Shown piece after piece: positions 8,659 through 16,279 of a DNA stretch of 24,000 nucleotides. The DNA comes from an uncultured Alphaproteobacteria bacterium. GTDB lineage: Bacteria > Pseudomonadota > Alphaproteobacteria > ATCC43930 > CGMCC-115725. Made by a program: the position numbers and the translations under genes. The DNA lies in the NCBI GenBank assembly GCA_963774345.1, contig CAVZFB010000035.1, forward strand, positions 33,915 through 57,914, given 5' to 3'. How positions within the stretch are numbered: the first letter of the stretch is position 1; each line of letters opens with the position of its first letter. Under the pieces are notes generated by a model. The model did no database searches. It saw only the letters and a list, made by a program, of their open reading frames with translations, and was not told where the DNA came from.

Positions 8659-8740
8659 CGTCACCCCCGCGAAAGCGGGGGCCCAGGGATACCGCCGAGA
8701 CACCCGCCCTCCCTGGGTTCCCGCTTTCGCGGGAACGACG
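8659..8740. repeat. REP-like composite inverted repeat in the ureA-ureB spacer
   Basis: Arm 1 cgtcacccccgcgaaagcgggggcccaggg (8659-8688) and arm 2 ccctgggttcccgctttcgcgggaacgacg (8711-8740) are inverted copies matching at 25 of 30 positions. Each arm is itself a hairpin: cccccgc-gaaa-gcggggg (8664-8681) and gttcccgc-tttc-gcgggaac (8717-8736). The minus-strand translation VVPAKAGTQ...[12 protein letters not shown] is the familiar signature of this dispersed repeat class. Confidence 0.85.
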
Positions 8741-8748
8741 AGGCCGCG

Positions 8749-9057
8749 ATGATCCCGGGCGAGTTGTTCCCCGGGCCGGACGACGTCGAAATCAATGCCG
8801 GACGGTCGACCGTGACCTTGACCGTCGCCAACACCGGCGACCGGCCGATCCAGGTGGGCTCGCATTATCATTTCTACGAGACGAACTCCGCCCTCGCCTT
8901 CGACCGCGAGCTGGCGCGCGGCTATCGACTCGACATGCCGGCGGGGACCGCGACGCGCTTCGAGCCGGGGCAGAGCCGCGAGGTCAGGCTGGTCGCCTAT
9001 GCCGGAGCGCGCCGCGTTGTCGGCTTCAACGGCAAGATTAACGGCTCGCTGGACTAG
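8749..9057 (+). CDS. ureB: Urease subunit beta
   Basis: [106 protein letters not shown] at 8740-8743. Confidence 0.97.
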   Translation: MIPGELFPGPDDVEINAGRSTVTLTVANTGDRPIQVGSHYHFYETNSALAFDRELARGYRLDMPAGTATRFEPGQSREVRLVAYAGARRVVGFNGKINGSLD

Positions 9058-9061
9058 AGCG

Positions 9062-10771
9062 ATGGCGATGACCATTTCGCGCGCCGCGTATGCCGGGATG
9101 TTCGGCCCCACCACCAGCGATCGGCTGCGGCTGGCCGACACCGAGCTCGTCATCGAGATCGAGAGCGACCACACAATCTATGGCGAAGAAGTCAAGTTCG
9201 GCGGCGGCAAGGTCATCCGCGACGGCATGGGGCAGAGCCAGCGGAGCCGCGCCGACGGAGCGGTCGACACTGTTATCACCAACGCCGTGATCCTCGACCA
9301 TTGGGGCATCGTCAAGGCCGATATCGGCATCAAGGACGGCCGCATCAGTGGCATCGGTAAGGCTGGCAATCCGGATATCCAGCCGGGTGTCGACATCGTG
9401 ATCGGGCCGGGGACGGAGGCGATCGCCGGCGAGGGCCGCATCGTCACCGCCGGCGGGATCGACTCGCATGTCCATTGGATCTGCCCACAGCTTGCCGAAG
9501 AGGCGCTTTACAGCGGCATCACGACAATGCTCGGCGGCGGCACCGGGCCGGCCGCCGGGACCGCGGCAACGACCTGCACGCCGGGGCCCTGGCATCTCGC
9601 GCGGATATTGCAGGCGGCGGAGGGGATCCCGGTCAATCTCGGCTTCTTCGGAAAAGGCAACGCCTCGGAGCCGCGGGCATTGGTCGAGATGGTCGAGGGC
9701 GGCGCCTGCGGGCTCAAGCTGCACGAAGATTGGGGCACCACGCCGGCGGCGATCGACACCTGCCTCGGGGTCGCCGAGCAGCTCGATATCGCGGTCGCGA
9801 TCCACACCGACACGCTCAACGAATCCGGTTTCGTCGAGGATACGATCGCCGCCTTCAAAGGCCGCAACATCCACGCCTTTCACACCGAAGGCGCCGGCGG
9901 CGGCCATGCCCCCGACATCATCAAACTATGCGGGCTGGCGAACGTCCTGCCGTCTTCGACCAATCCGACCCGCCCCTACACGATCAACACCGTCGCCGAG
10001 CATCTCGACATGCTGATGGTGTGCCACCACCTCGATCCGCGCATTCCCGAGGACGTGGCCTTCGCCGAGAGCCGCATTCGCCGCGAGACGATCGCCGCCG
10101 AGGACATTCTGCACGACCTCGGCGCCTTCAGCATGATGTCGTCGGACAGCCAAGCCATGGGCCGGGTCGGGGAGGTCATCATCCGCACCTGGCAAACCGC
10201 CGACAAGATGAAGCGTCAGCGCGGCCCCCTTCCTGAAGACAGCGAGCGTGCCGACAATTTCCGGGTCAAACGTTATGTCGCGAAGTACACGATCAACCCG
10301 GCCTTGACCCATGGGCTGGCCGAGCAGGTCGGCTCGGTCGAAGTGGGCAAGCTCGCCGATCTCGTCCTATGGTCGTCGGCCTTTTTCGGCGTCAAGCCGG
10401 ATCTGGTGCTGAAGGCGGGGATGATCGCCGCGGCCTTGATGGGCGATCCTAACGCCTCGATTCCGACCCCACAGCCGGTCCATTATCGGCCGATGTTCGG
10501 CGCTTTCGGCCGCGCGCTGTCCGTCTCGACCGTCACATTTCTGCCGGTTGTGGCGATTGAGCGCGAGCTGCCGGCCCAACTCGGGCTGCAGCGGATGGTG
10601 CTGCCGGCGCGCGGCATTCGCGCCATCGACAAGAAATGCATGGTCCACAACGCCGCATTGCCACATATCGAGGTCGACCCGGAGACCTACGAAGTACGGG
10701 CCGATGGCGTGCACCTGACTTGCGAGCCGGCCACGGTATTGCCGCTGGCTCAGCGTTATTTCCTCTATTGA
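9062..10771 (+). CDS. ureC: Urease subunit alpha (catalytic)
   Basis: [20 protein letters not shown]; [15 protein letters not shown]; [12 protein letters not shown] (carbamylated Lys region); MVCHHLDP active-site His flap; ends [10 protein letters not shown]. The start could also be the ATG at 9068. Confidence 0.98.
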   Translation: MAMTISRAAYAGMFGPTTSDRLRLADTELVIEIESDHTIYGEEVKFGGGKVIRDGMGQSQRSRADGAVDTVITNAVILDHWGIVKADIGIKDGRISGIGKAGNPDIQPGVDIVIGPGTEAIAGEGRIVTAGGIDSHVHWICPQLAEEALYSGITTMLGGGTGPAAGTAATTCTPGPWHLARILQAAEGIPVNLGFFGKGNASEPRALVEMVEGGACGLKLHEDWGTTPAAIDTCLGVAEQLDIAVAIHTDTLNESGFVEDTIAAFKGRNIHAFHTEGAGGGHAPDIIKLCGLANVLPSSTNPTRPYTINTVAEHLDMLMVCHHLDPRIPEDVAFAESRIRRETIAAEDILHDLGAFSMMSSDSQAMGRVGEVIIRTWQTADKMKRQRGPLPEDSERADNFRVKRYVAKYTINPALTHGLAEQVGSVEVGKLADLVLWSSAFFGVKPDLVLKAGMIAAALMGDPNASIPTPQPVHYRPMFGAFGRALSVSTVTFLPVVAIERELPAQLGLQRMVLPARGIRAIDKKCMVHNAALPHIEVDPETYEVRADGVHLTCEPATVLPLAQRYFLY

Positions 10772-10798
10772 TTACGGCCCGGCGGCATTGGTTAGCAA

Positions 10799-11767
10799 GT
10801 GAAAATCGGCCGGCGGCATGTTCTCGTTTTGCTGAGCACAACGTTCGGCGCGGCGCTTTCCGCATACGCCGCATCTGCGAAAATCCCCAAGATTGGCGTA
10901 TTAATCGTGGCTAAACCCGACCAGGAACCAGCTTTGCGGGAGTTTCGGGCGGCCTTGCGCGATCTGGGATATGTCGAGGGACAGAATATTTTTATCGAAG
11001 TGCAATCTGCCGAGGGAAAGCTCAACCGGTTGCCGGAACTTGCGGCGCGACTGGTTCGCGACAAGGTCGACATTATTGCCGCTTGGATGACGCCGGCGGT
11101 GACGGCGGCGAAGGATGCGACAACCGAAATCCCGATCGTGATGCTGGGAGCAGGCGACCCGGTCGGCACCGGGCTTGTCGCCAGCCTCGCGCGGCCTGGC
11201 GGCAACGTTACCGGGATTGCCGGGGTGACCGCGGAGTTAGCTGGTAAGACCATTGAATTACTTAAGGAGACGCTCCCGTCGATGCGCCGAGCCGCAGCCC
11301 TTTGCAATGCGTCGGACCCATTCTCACAACCGTTTCTGAAGCAGATCCAGCTCGCCGGTCATACCCTCGGCATCGAGGTGACGCCGATTATGGTGATGAA
11401 AGATCATGATCTTGACTCGGTCTTCGCGGCTGCGCTCGAAAAGCGGGTCGACGGCGTGATCGTCCAGCCGAGCCTGCAGCTCAAGCATGCCGCCCAAATG
11501 GCGTTGCGCGATCATCTCCCGGCAGCCTCGCCGTCACCCACGTTTGCTGGCCTTGGCGGGCTATTGGGGTACGGCGGCTTATCGTCCGAGGGTTCATCGC
11601 GGGCGGCCTTATTCGTGGACAAGATTTTAAAGGGCCGCAGCCCCGCCGAACTGCCGGTTGAGCGGCCTACCCGATTTGATCTGGTGATCAATTTGAGAAC
11701 CGCCAAAGTACTTGGGATAACCGTGCCAGGAAGTCTGTTGGCGCGCGCCGACCAAGTAATCGAGTGA
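10799..11767 (+). CDS. ABC transporter substrate-binding protein of the ABC_sub_bind/TrpX-like family
   Basis: GTG start. MKIGRRHVLVLLSTTFGAALSAYA signal; KIGVLI...FRAALRDLGYVEGQNI.IEVQSAEGKLNRLPELAARLVRDKVDIIAA...ATTEIPIVMLGAGDPVGTGLVASLARPGGNVTGIAG...FVDKILKGRSPAELPVERPTRFDLVINLRTAKVLGITVPGSLLARADQVIE. Complete family architecture. Confidence 0.93.
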   Translation: MKIGRRHVLVLLSTTFGAALSAYAASAKIPKIGVLIVAKPDQEPALREFRAALRDLGYVEGQNIFIEVQSAEGKLNRLPELAARLVRDKVDIIAAWMTPAVTAAKDATTEIPIVMLGAGDPVGTGLVASLARPGGNVTGIAGVTAELAGKTIELLKETLPSMRRAAALCNASDPFSQPFLKQIQLAGHTLGIEVTPIMVMKDHDLDSVFAAALEKRVDGVIVQPSLQLKHAAQMALRDHLPAASPSPTFAGLGGLLGYGGLSSEGSSRAALFVDKILKGRSPAELPVERPTRFDLVINLRTAKVLGITVPGSLLARADQVIE

Positions 11768-11776
11768 CGGTGAAAG

Positions 11777-12247
11777 ATGCGCCGGGCGATCGCTGTTCAC
11801 CGCTGCGGGCACTGGCCCGAGTCGGAAACGGCCGCCGCCGTGACGCTCGCCTATGTCGACCGGCATCGGCGGCGTATTCGCTTCGTCACCGATTCCGGCG
11901 TTACTTTTCTGCTCGACCTTGCGCGCGCTCAGCATCTTCACGATGGCGATGGGCTCGAGTTCGACAGCGGCGGCTATGTCCGCGTGTGCGCGGCGCCGGA
12001 GCCGGTATTGGAGATCGAGACGCCTGATCGCGCCAGTCTGTTGCGGATCGCCTGGCATCTCGGCAACCGCCATTTGCCATTGCAGGTCGCCGGTGAGCGT
12101 CTGCGTATCCGCGCCGACCACGTCATCGCCGAGATGGTCGCCGGTCTCGGCGGAAAACTAACCCCGCTCGACACTCCATTCGACCCGGAAATCGGCGCCT
12201 ATGCCGGCCCCCAGCATCACCGGCACGATGACCACCATCACGACTGA
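11777..12247 (+). CDS. ureE: Urease accessory protein UreE, nickel metallochaperone with His-rich C-terminus
   Basis: Protein has RIRFVTDSGVTFLLDLARAQHLHDGDGLEFDSG; LLRIAWHLGNRHLPLQV; ILADHVIAEM-type segment; His-rich tail [11 protein letters not shown]. Confidence 0.93.
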   Translation: MRRAIAVHRCGHWPESETAAAVTLAYVDRHRRRIRFVTDSGVTFLLDLARAQHLHDGDGLEFDSGGYVRVCAAPEPVLEIETPDRASLLRIAWHLGNRHLPLQVAGERLRIRADHVIAEMVAGLGGKLTPLDTPFDPEIGAYAGPQHHRHDDHHHD

Positions 12248-12933
12248 CGCCGTCCTCGCCGATGCCGGGCTCTACCGTATGCTCGCCTGGCTGTCGCCGG
12301 GCTTTCCGATCGGCGCCTTCAGTTATTCGCACGGCCTCGAAGCTGCTGCCGAAGCCGGTCAGGTGCGCGATCGCGCGTCCTTGCAGGGCTGGATCGCCGC
12401 GGTCGTCGCGCTGGGCGCCGGGCGAGTTGATGCCGACATCCTACGGGACGCGCATCGCGCAGCCGCGGCGAACGACATCGAGTTCGCTGGCCGCCGCCAA
12501 CCGCCACGGCTTGGCCTATCGTGCCACAGCCGAGCTGGCGCTCGAAACCGGCGCCCAGGGCGAGGCGTTTCTGGCAACGTGCCGCGCCGCCTGGCCCGAA
12601 CCGTTCTGCACCTTGTGGGCGACGAGCCTCGACGCGGTGTGTCATCCCGCGGCCGTTGGCGCGGCAATGGCGCGCGCCGGAATCCCCATCGCCAGCGCGC
12701 TAACAGGATATTTGCAGGCACTAGCCGCCAATCTTGTTTCGGCCGGACTGCGGCTGGGGATCATCGGTCAGACTGATGGTCAGCGGATCCTGGCCGCATT
12801 GGAGCCGGCCGTCGTCGAGGCGGCCGCGGCGGCGATCGCGCGGGACCGGGCCGAGTTTGGCGCGGCGACCTTCGCCGTCGACCTGGCCTCAATGGCGCAC
12901 GAAACCCAATATACGAGGCTGTTCCGCTCATGA
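12228..12933 (+). CDS. ureF: Urease accessory protein UreF, interrupted by an apparent single-base insertion near 12483
   Basis: N-terminal segment in frame of 12228: [46 protein letters not shown]...[23 protein letters not shown]. Remainder in frame of ORF 12262..12933: [34 protein letters not shown]...[16 protein letters not shown]. Removing one T at 12483/12484 restores ...[13 protein letters not shown].... Confidence 0.9.
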
Positions 12934-13553
12934 GCGAAGAGACGAGACGCGATCCGTTACGGATCGGGATCGGCGGGCCGGTCGGGTCGGGCAAGACCGC
13001 GCTGATGGATTGGCTGTGCAAGAGCATGCGCGGCCGCTGGGAGATCGCCGCGATCACCAACGACATCTACACCCGCGAGGATGCCGAGTTTCTTACCAAG
13101 AGCGGCGCATTGCCGCCTGAGCGGATCCGCGGCGTCGAGACCGGCGGGTGCCCGCATACGGCGATCCGCGAGGACGCCTCGATCAACCTCGCCGCGGTTG
13201 CCGAAATGAGCCGGTTGTTTCCCCGTCTCGACCTGATTTTGATCGAGTCGGGCGGCGATAATCTGGCGGCGACTTTTTCACCCGAGCTAGCCGATCTGAC
13301 GATCTACGTCATCGACGTCGCTGCCGGCGACAAGATCCCGCGCAAAGGCGGTCCCGGCATCACCCGTTCAGACCTCCTCGTCATCAACAAGATCGACCTC
13401 GCCCCGTTGGTCGGCGCCAGCCTCGACATCATGGACCGCGACGCCAGGCGCATGCGTGGCGAGCGGCCCTTCGTCTTCACGAACCTCAAATGCGGCGACG
13501 GGGTAGACACGATCGTCGATTTCATCGCCACGCAAGGCGGGCTTGGCGTCTAA
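12930..13553 (+). CDS. ureG: Urease accessory protein UreG (GTPase)
   Basis: [21 protein letters not shown]-loop; [16 protein letters not shown]; [17 protein letters not shown]; [21 protein letters not shown]; [13 protein letters not shown] overlap with ureF stop. Confidence 0.98.
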   Translation: MSEETRRDPLRIGIGGPVGSGKTALMDWLCKSMRGRWEIAAITNDIYTREDAEFLTKSGALPPERIRGVETGGCPHTAIREDASINLAAVAEMSRLFPRLDLILIESGGDNLAATFSPELADLTIYVIDVAAGDKIPRKGGPGITRSDLLVINKIDLAPLVGASLDIMDRDARRMRGERPFVFTNLKCGDGVDTIVDFIATQGGLGV

Positions 13554-13569
13554 CCGCGCGGATCAGCTG

Positions 13570-14784
13570 ATGCCAACTCTTTCCTGCCTCGCTGCGCACG
13601 GAGCCGGCCCGCAGGGCGGGGTGGATTGGGGCAGCGCCGCCGCGCCGCTCGCGATCTACATCCATTGGCCGTTCTGCCGGTCGAAATGCCCTTATTGCGA
13701 CTTCAACAGCCATGTCCGCGACGGTATCGACGCAGCTCGTTGGACGCGGGCCTTGCTGGCCGATCTCGATTATCAGGCGGCACTGTTGCCTAGGTGCACG
13801 GTCGGCTCGGTCTTTTTCGGCGGCGGTACGCCTTCGCTTATGCCGCCCGAAACGGTCGCCTCATTGCTCGAAAGGGTAAAGCGGCATTGGACGGCCACGG
13901 CCGATGTCGAAATCACCCTCGAAGCCAACCCGAATTCCGCCGAGGCCGCGCGTTTCCGCGCCTTCGCCGAGGCCGGCGTCAACCGGCTTTCGCTCGGCGT
14001 CCAGGCGCTCGACCCGGCGGCGTTGCGCTTTCTCGGCCGGGCACATGACCGCGCCGAGGCGATCGCCGCGATCGAGCATGCCCGCGACAATTTCGCCCGG
14101 TTCTCGTTCGATCTGATCTATGCCCGCCCCGGCCAGAGCATCGCCGCTTGGCGGCGCGAACTCGACGAAGCGCTGGGCCTCGCCGGCGACCATCTCTCGC
14201 TCTATCAGCTGACGGTCGAACCCGGCACCGCCTTTGCCACCTTGGCGCGACGCGGCGATCTCGTACCGCCTGACGAGGACTCCGCCGCCGCGCTGTTCGA
14301 GACGACCCAGGACCGCCTCGCCGCCGCAGGCCTCCCGGCCTACGAGATCTCGAACCACGCCCGTCCCGGCGCCGAGTGCCGCCACAATCTCGTCTATTGG
14401 CGTTATCAGGACTATGCCGGCGTCGGCCCCGGCGCGCATGGCCGGCTGACCCGCGCCGGCATCAAATACGCCACCCGCCAGCGCCGCGCGCCCGAAGCCT
14501 GGCTCGCCGCGGTCGAAGCCACCGGCACCGGCCTCGAAGAGACCGCCGCGATCGGCCGCGACACAGCGATCGAGGAAATGCTGATGATGGGGCTCCGGCT
14601 GACCGAGGGGGTCGCGCGCCCGCGGCTCGAGCAAGCCGCCGGCCAGATCATCGAGGCGCTGTTCGCCGATACTCTCCCGCCGCTGATCGAAGGCGGCTTC
14701 CTGACCCTCGACCGCGACCGCCTCGCTGCCACCCCTGCCGGCCGCCAGCGCCTCAACGCCGTGCTCGCCGCCCTCCTCGGTTGA
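13570..14784 (+). CDS. hemW: HemW-like radical SAM protein (coproporphyrinogen III oxidase-like, heme chaperone)
   Basis: IYIHWPFCRSKCPYCDFNSHV (CxxxCxxC); SVFFGGGTPSLMPPETVASLL; VEITLEANPNSAEAARFRAFAEAGVNRLSLGVQALDPAALRFLGRAHDRAEA; DLIYARPGQSIAAWRRELDEAL; HNLVYWRYQDYAGVGPGAHGRL. Confidence 0.93.
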   Translation: MPTLSCLAAHGAGPQGGVDWGSAAAPLAIYIHWPFCRSKCPYCDFNSHVRDGIDAARWTRALLADLDYQAALLPRCTVGSVFFGGGTPSLMPPETVASLLERVKRHWTATADVEITLEANPNSAEAARFRAFAEAGVNRLSLGVQALDPAALRFLGRAHDRAEAIAAIEHARDNFARFSFDLIYARPGQSIAAWRRELDEALGLAGDHLSLYQLTVEPGTAFATLARRGDLVPPDEDSAAALFETTQDRLAAAGLPAYEISNHARPGAECRHNLVYWRYQDYAGVGPGAHGRLTRAGIKYATRQRRAPEAWLAAVEATGTGLEETAAIGRDTAIEEMLMMGLRLTEGVARPRLEQAAGQIIEALFADTLPPLIEGGFLTLDRDRLAATPAGRQRLNAVLAALLG

Positions 14785-15019
14785 GCGGGCGGCTCCAAGA
14801 CTGTAGCTAAATCTAAGCTCCGGCCGTCGGCGCCGAATGCGGTAACCGGATATCGGGTTTACCAAATAGGCGCGGGCCCGAGGGTGGCCTTCGAGCCCAA
14901 GGGCATCGGCAATTCTCGGGCCGGACCGAAGGTCCGTCATCACTTGAAATCGTTGACAGTAAATTGACGGTTGATCGCTTAAGGATGATTGCTGCCCATT
15001 ACGATAGGTTCAGGTTCAC

Positions 15020-15529
15020 ATGCTCCATATACGACGTAGAGGTTTTGATTTTGTCGTTTTCATTCTGCTGTCAGTATTGTCGGCAATCGTGCCAACCAGC
15101 TCGACTTTCGCGGCGACAGCCACGACGACATTCCAGGTCACCGCGACGGTTCAAGCTACCTGCTTGATCTCAGCCACAAATCTGGCCTTTGGCACCTACA
15201 CCGGCGTCCAGATTGCCGCGACCTCCACGATCTCGATAACCTGCACCAATACCTCACCCTACAATGTCGGGCTCAACCCCGGGACCGCGCCCGGGGCGAC
15301 GGTGACCACGCGCAAGATGACTGGTCCCGGCGGCGCCCTGCTGGCTTACGCGCTCTACCAGGACGCCGGCCACACGATAAACTGGGGCCAGACCGTCGGC
15401 ACCGATACCGAGGCCGGCACCGGCAATGGCAGCGCTCAGGTGTTGACCGTCAATGGTTTGTTGACGGCTGGCCAATTTGTTACGCCGGGCTCGTACGTCG
15501 ACACGATCACCGCGACCGTCACCTATTAA
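15020..15529 (+). CDS. Spore coat U (SCPU/Csu-type) domain protein, putative major pilin subunit
   Basis: Signal peptide, then TTTFQVTATVQATCLISATNLAFGTYTG...TISITCTNTSPYNVGLN...YALYQDAGHTINWG...SYVDTITATVTY, typical of the SCPU domain. Confidence 0.88.
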   Translation: MLHIRRRGFDFVVFILLSVLSAIVPTSSTFAATATTTFQVTATVQATCLISATNLAFGTYTGVQIAATSTISITCTNTSPYNVGLNPGTAPGATVTTRKMTGPGGALLAYALYQDAGHTINWGQTVGTDTEAGTGNGSAQVLTVNGLLTAGQFVTPGSYVDTITATVTY

Positions 15530-15553
15530 TCCTGCGCCGGCGGCCGGGCCCGG

Positions 15554-16279
15554 ATGACCCCGCAATTCCGCGCGGCAATGCTTGGCGCATTGTTGCTCTG
15601 TCTGTCCGCGACGATGGCCGCGGCCGACGGACTGACCGTGCTCCCCGTCACCATTCAGATGGCGCCGGGGCAGATGGCGACGAGTCTGACGGTCAAGAAC
15701 GAGGCTGACGCGGCGACCTCGCTGCAGGTCCGAGCCTTTGCCTGGAGGCAATCGGCCCACGGCGAAGAGCGATTGGAGCCGACCACGGAACTCATGGCGA
15801 GCCCGCCGATTTGCACGATCGCGGCGGGGGCCAGCCAGGTCGTAAGACTGGTATTGCGGCTGCCGCCGCAAGGCGGGGAGGCGAGCTACCGCATCCTGCT
15901 CGACCAGATCCCGCCACCGGCTGAGCCGGGAACGGTACGCATCGCGCTGCGCCTATCGATTCCGATTTTTGCTGAGCCAAATGTACGCGCCGCACCGCAT
16001 CTGCGATGGCGCATCGAGACCGGCGGCGGGCAGGCAGAGCTGGCGGCGGCCAATGACGGCAACCGCCACGAAAAGGTCCTCGATATTTCTCTCCTGGCCG
16101 TCGGCCGCTCTTTGCCGGTGGAGGCCGGCATTTCCCCATACATTCTTCCCGGCGCTACCCGCCGATGGCGCATCTCCGGGTCCAACTCGCCGCTCGTCCC
16201 TGGGACGACACTCCGGCTGACCGCGCGGGCCGACGCGGGCGAAATCGATCAGTCGGTTTCGGTGGTTGCGGGTCCATAA
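15554..16279 (+). CDS. Fimbrial/pilus assembly chaperone (PapD/CsuC-like)
   Basis: Signal peptide, then GLTVLPVTIQMAPGQMATSLTVKNEADAATSLQVRAFAWRQ...PPICTIAAGASQVVRLVLR...EASYRILLDQIP...VRIALRLSIPIFAEP. Confidence 0.88.
   Translation: MTPQFRAAMLGALLLCLSATMAAADGLTVLPVTIQMAPGQMATSLTVKNEADAATSLQVRAFAWRQSAHGEERLEPTTELMASPPICTIAAGASQVVRLVLRLPPQGGEASYRILLDQIPPPAEPGTVRIALRLSIPIFAEPNVRAAPHLRWRIETGGGQAELAAANDGNRHEKVLDISLLAVGRSLPVEAGISPYILPGATRRWRISGSNSPLVPGTTLRLTARADAGEIDQSVSVVAGP

Noticed and set aside
8605-9174. Minus-strand ORF (189 aa) containing VVPAKAGTQ...PAFAGVTT
   Set aside because: It is antisense to ureB and the 5' end of ureC, and that peptide is the translation of the REP-like repeat, not a protein domain.
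9038-9907. Long minus-strand ORF (289 aa) opposite ureC
   Set aside because: Shadow ORF of ureC with no family-like motif; typical of high-GC coding sequence.
12471-12495. Programmed frameshifting in ureF
   Set aside because: atcgagttcgctgg contains no convincing slippery site.
13861-14943. 360-aa minus-strand ORF opposite hemW extending into the intergenic region
   Set aside because: Antisense to a well-supported radical SAM gene. Composition matches a high-GC shadow frame and no recognisable domain was seen.
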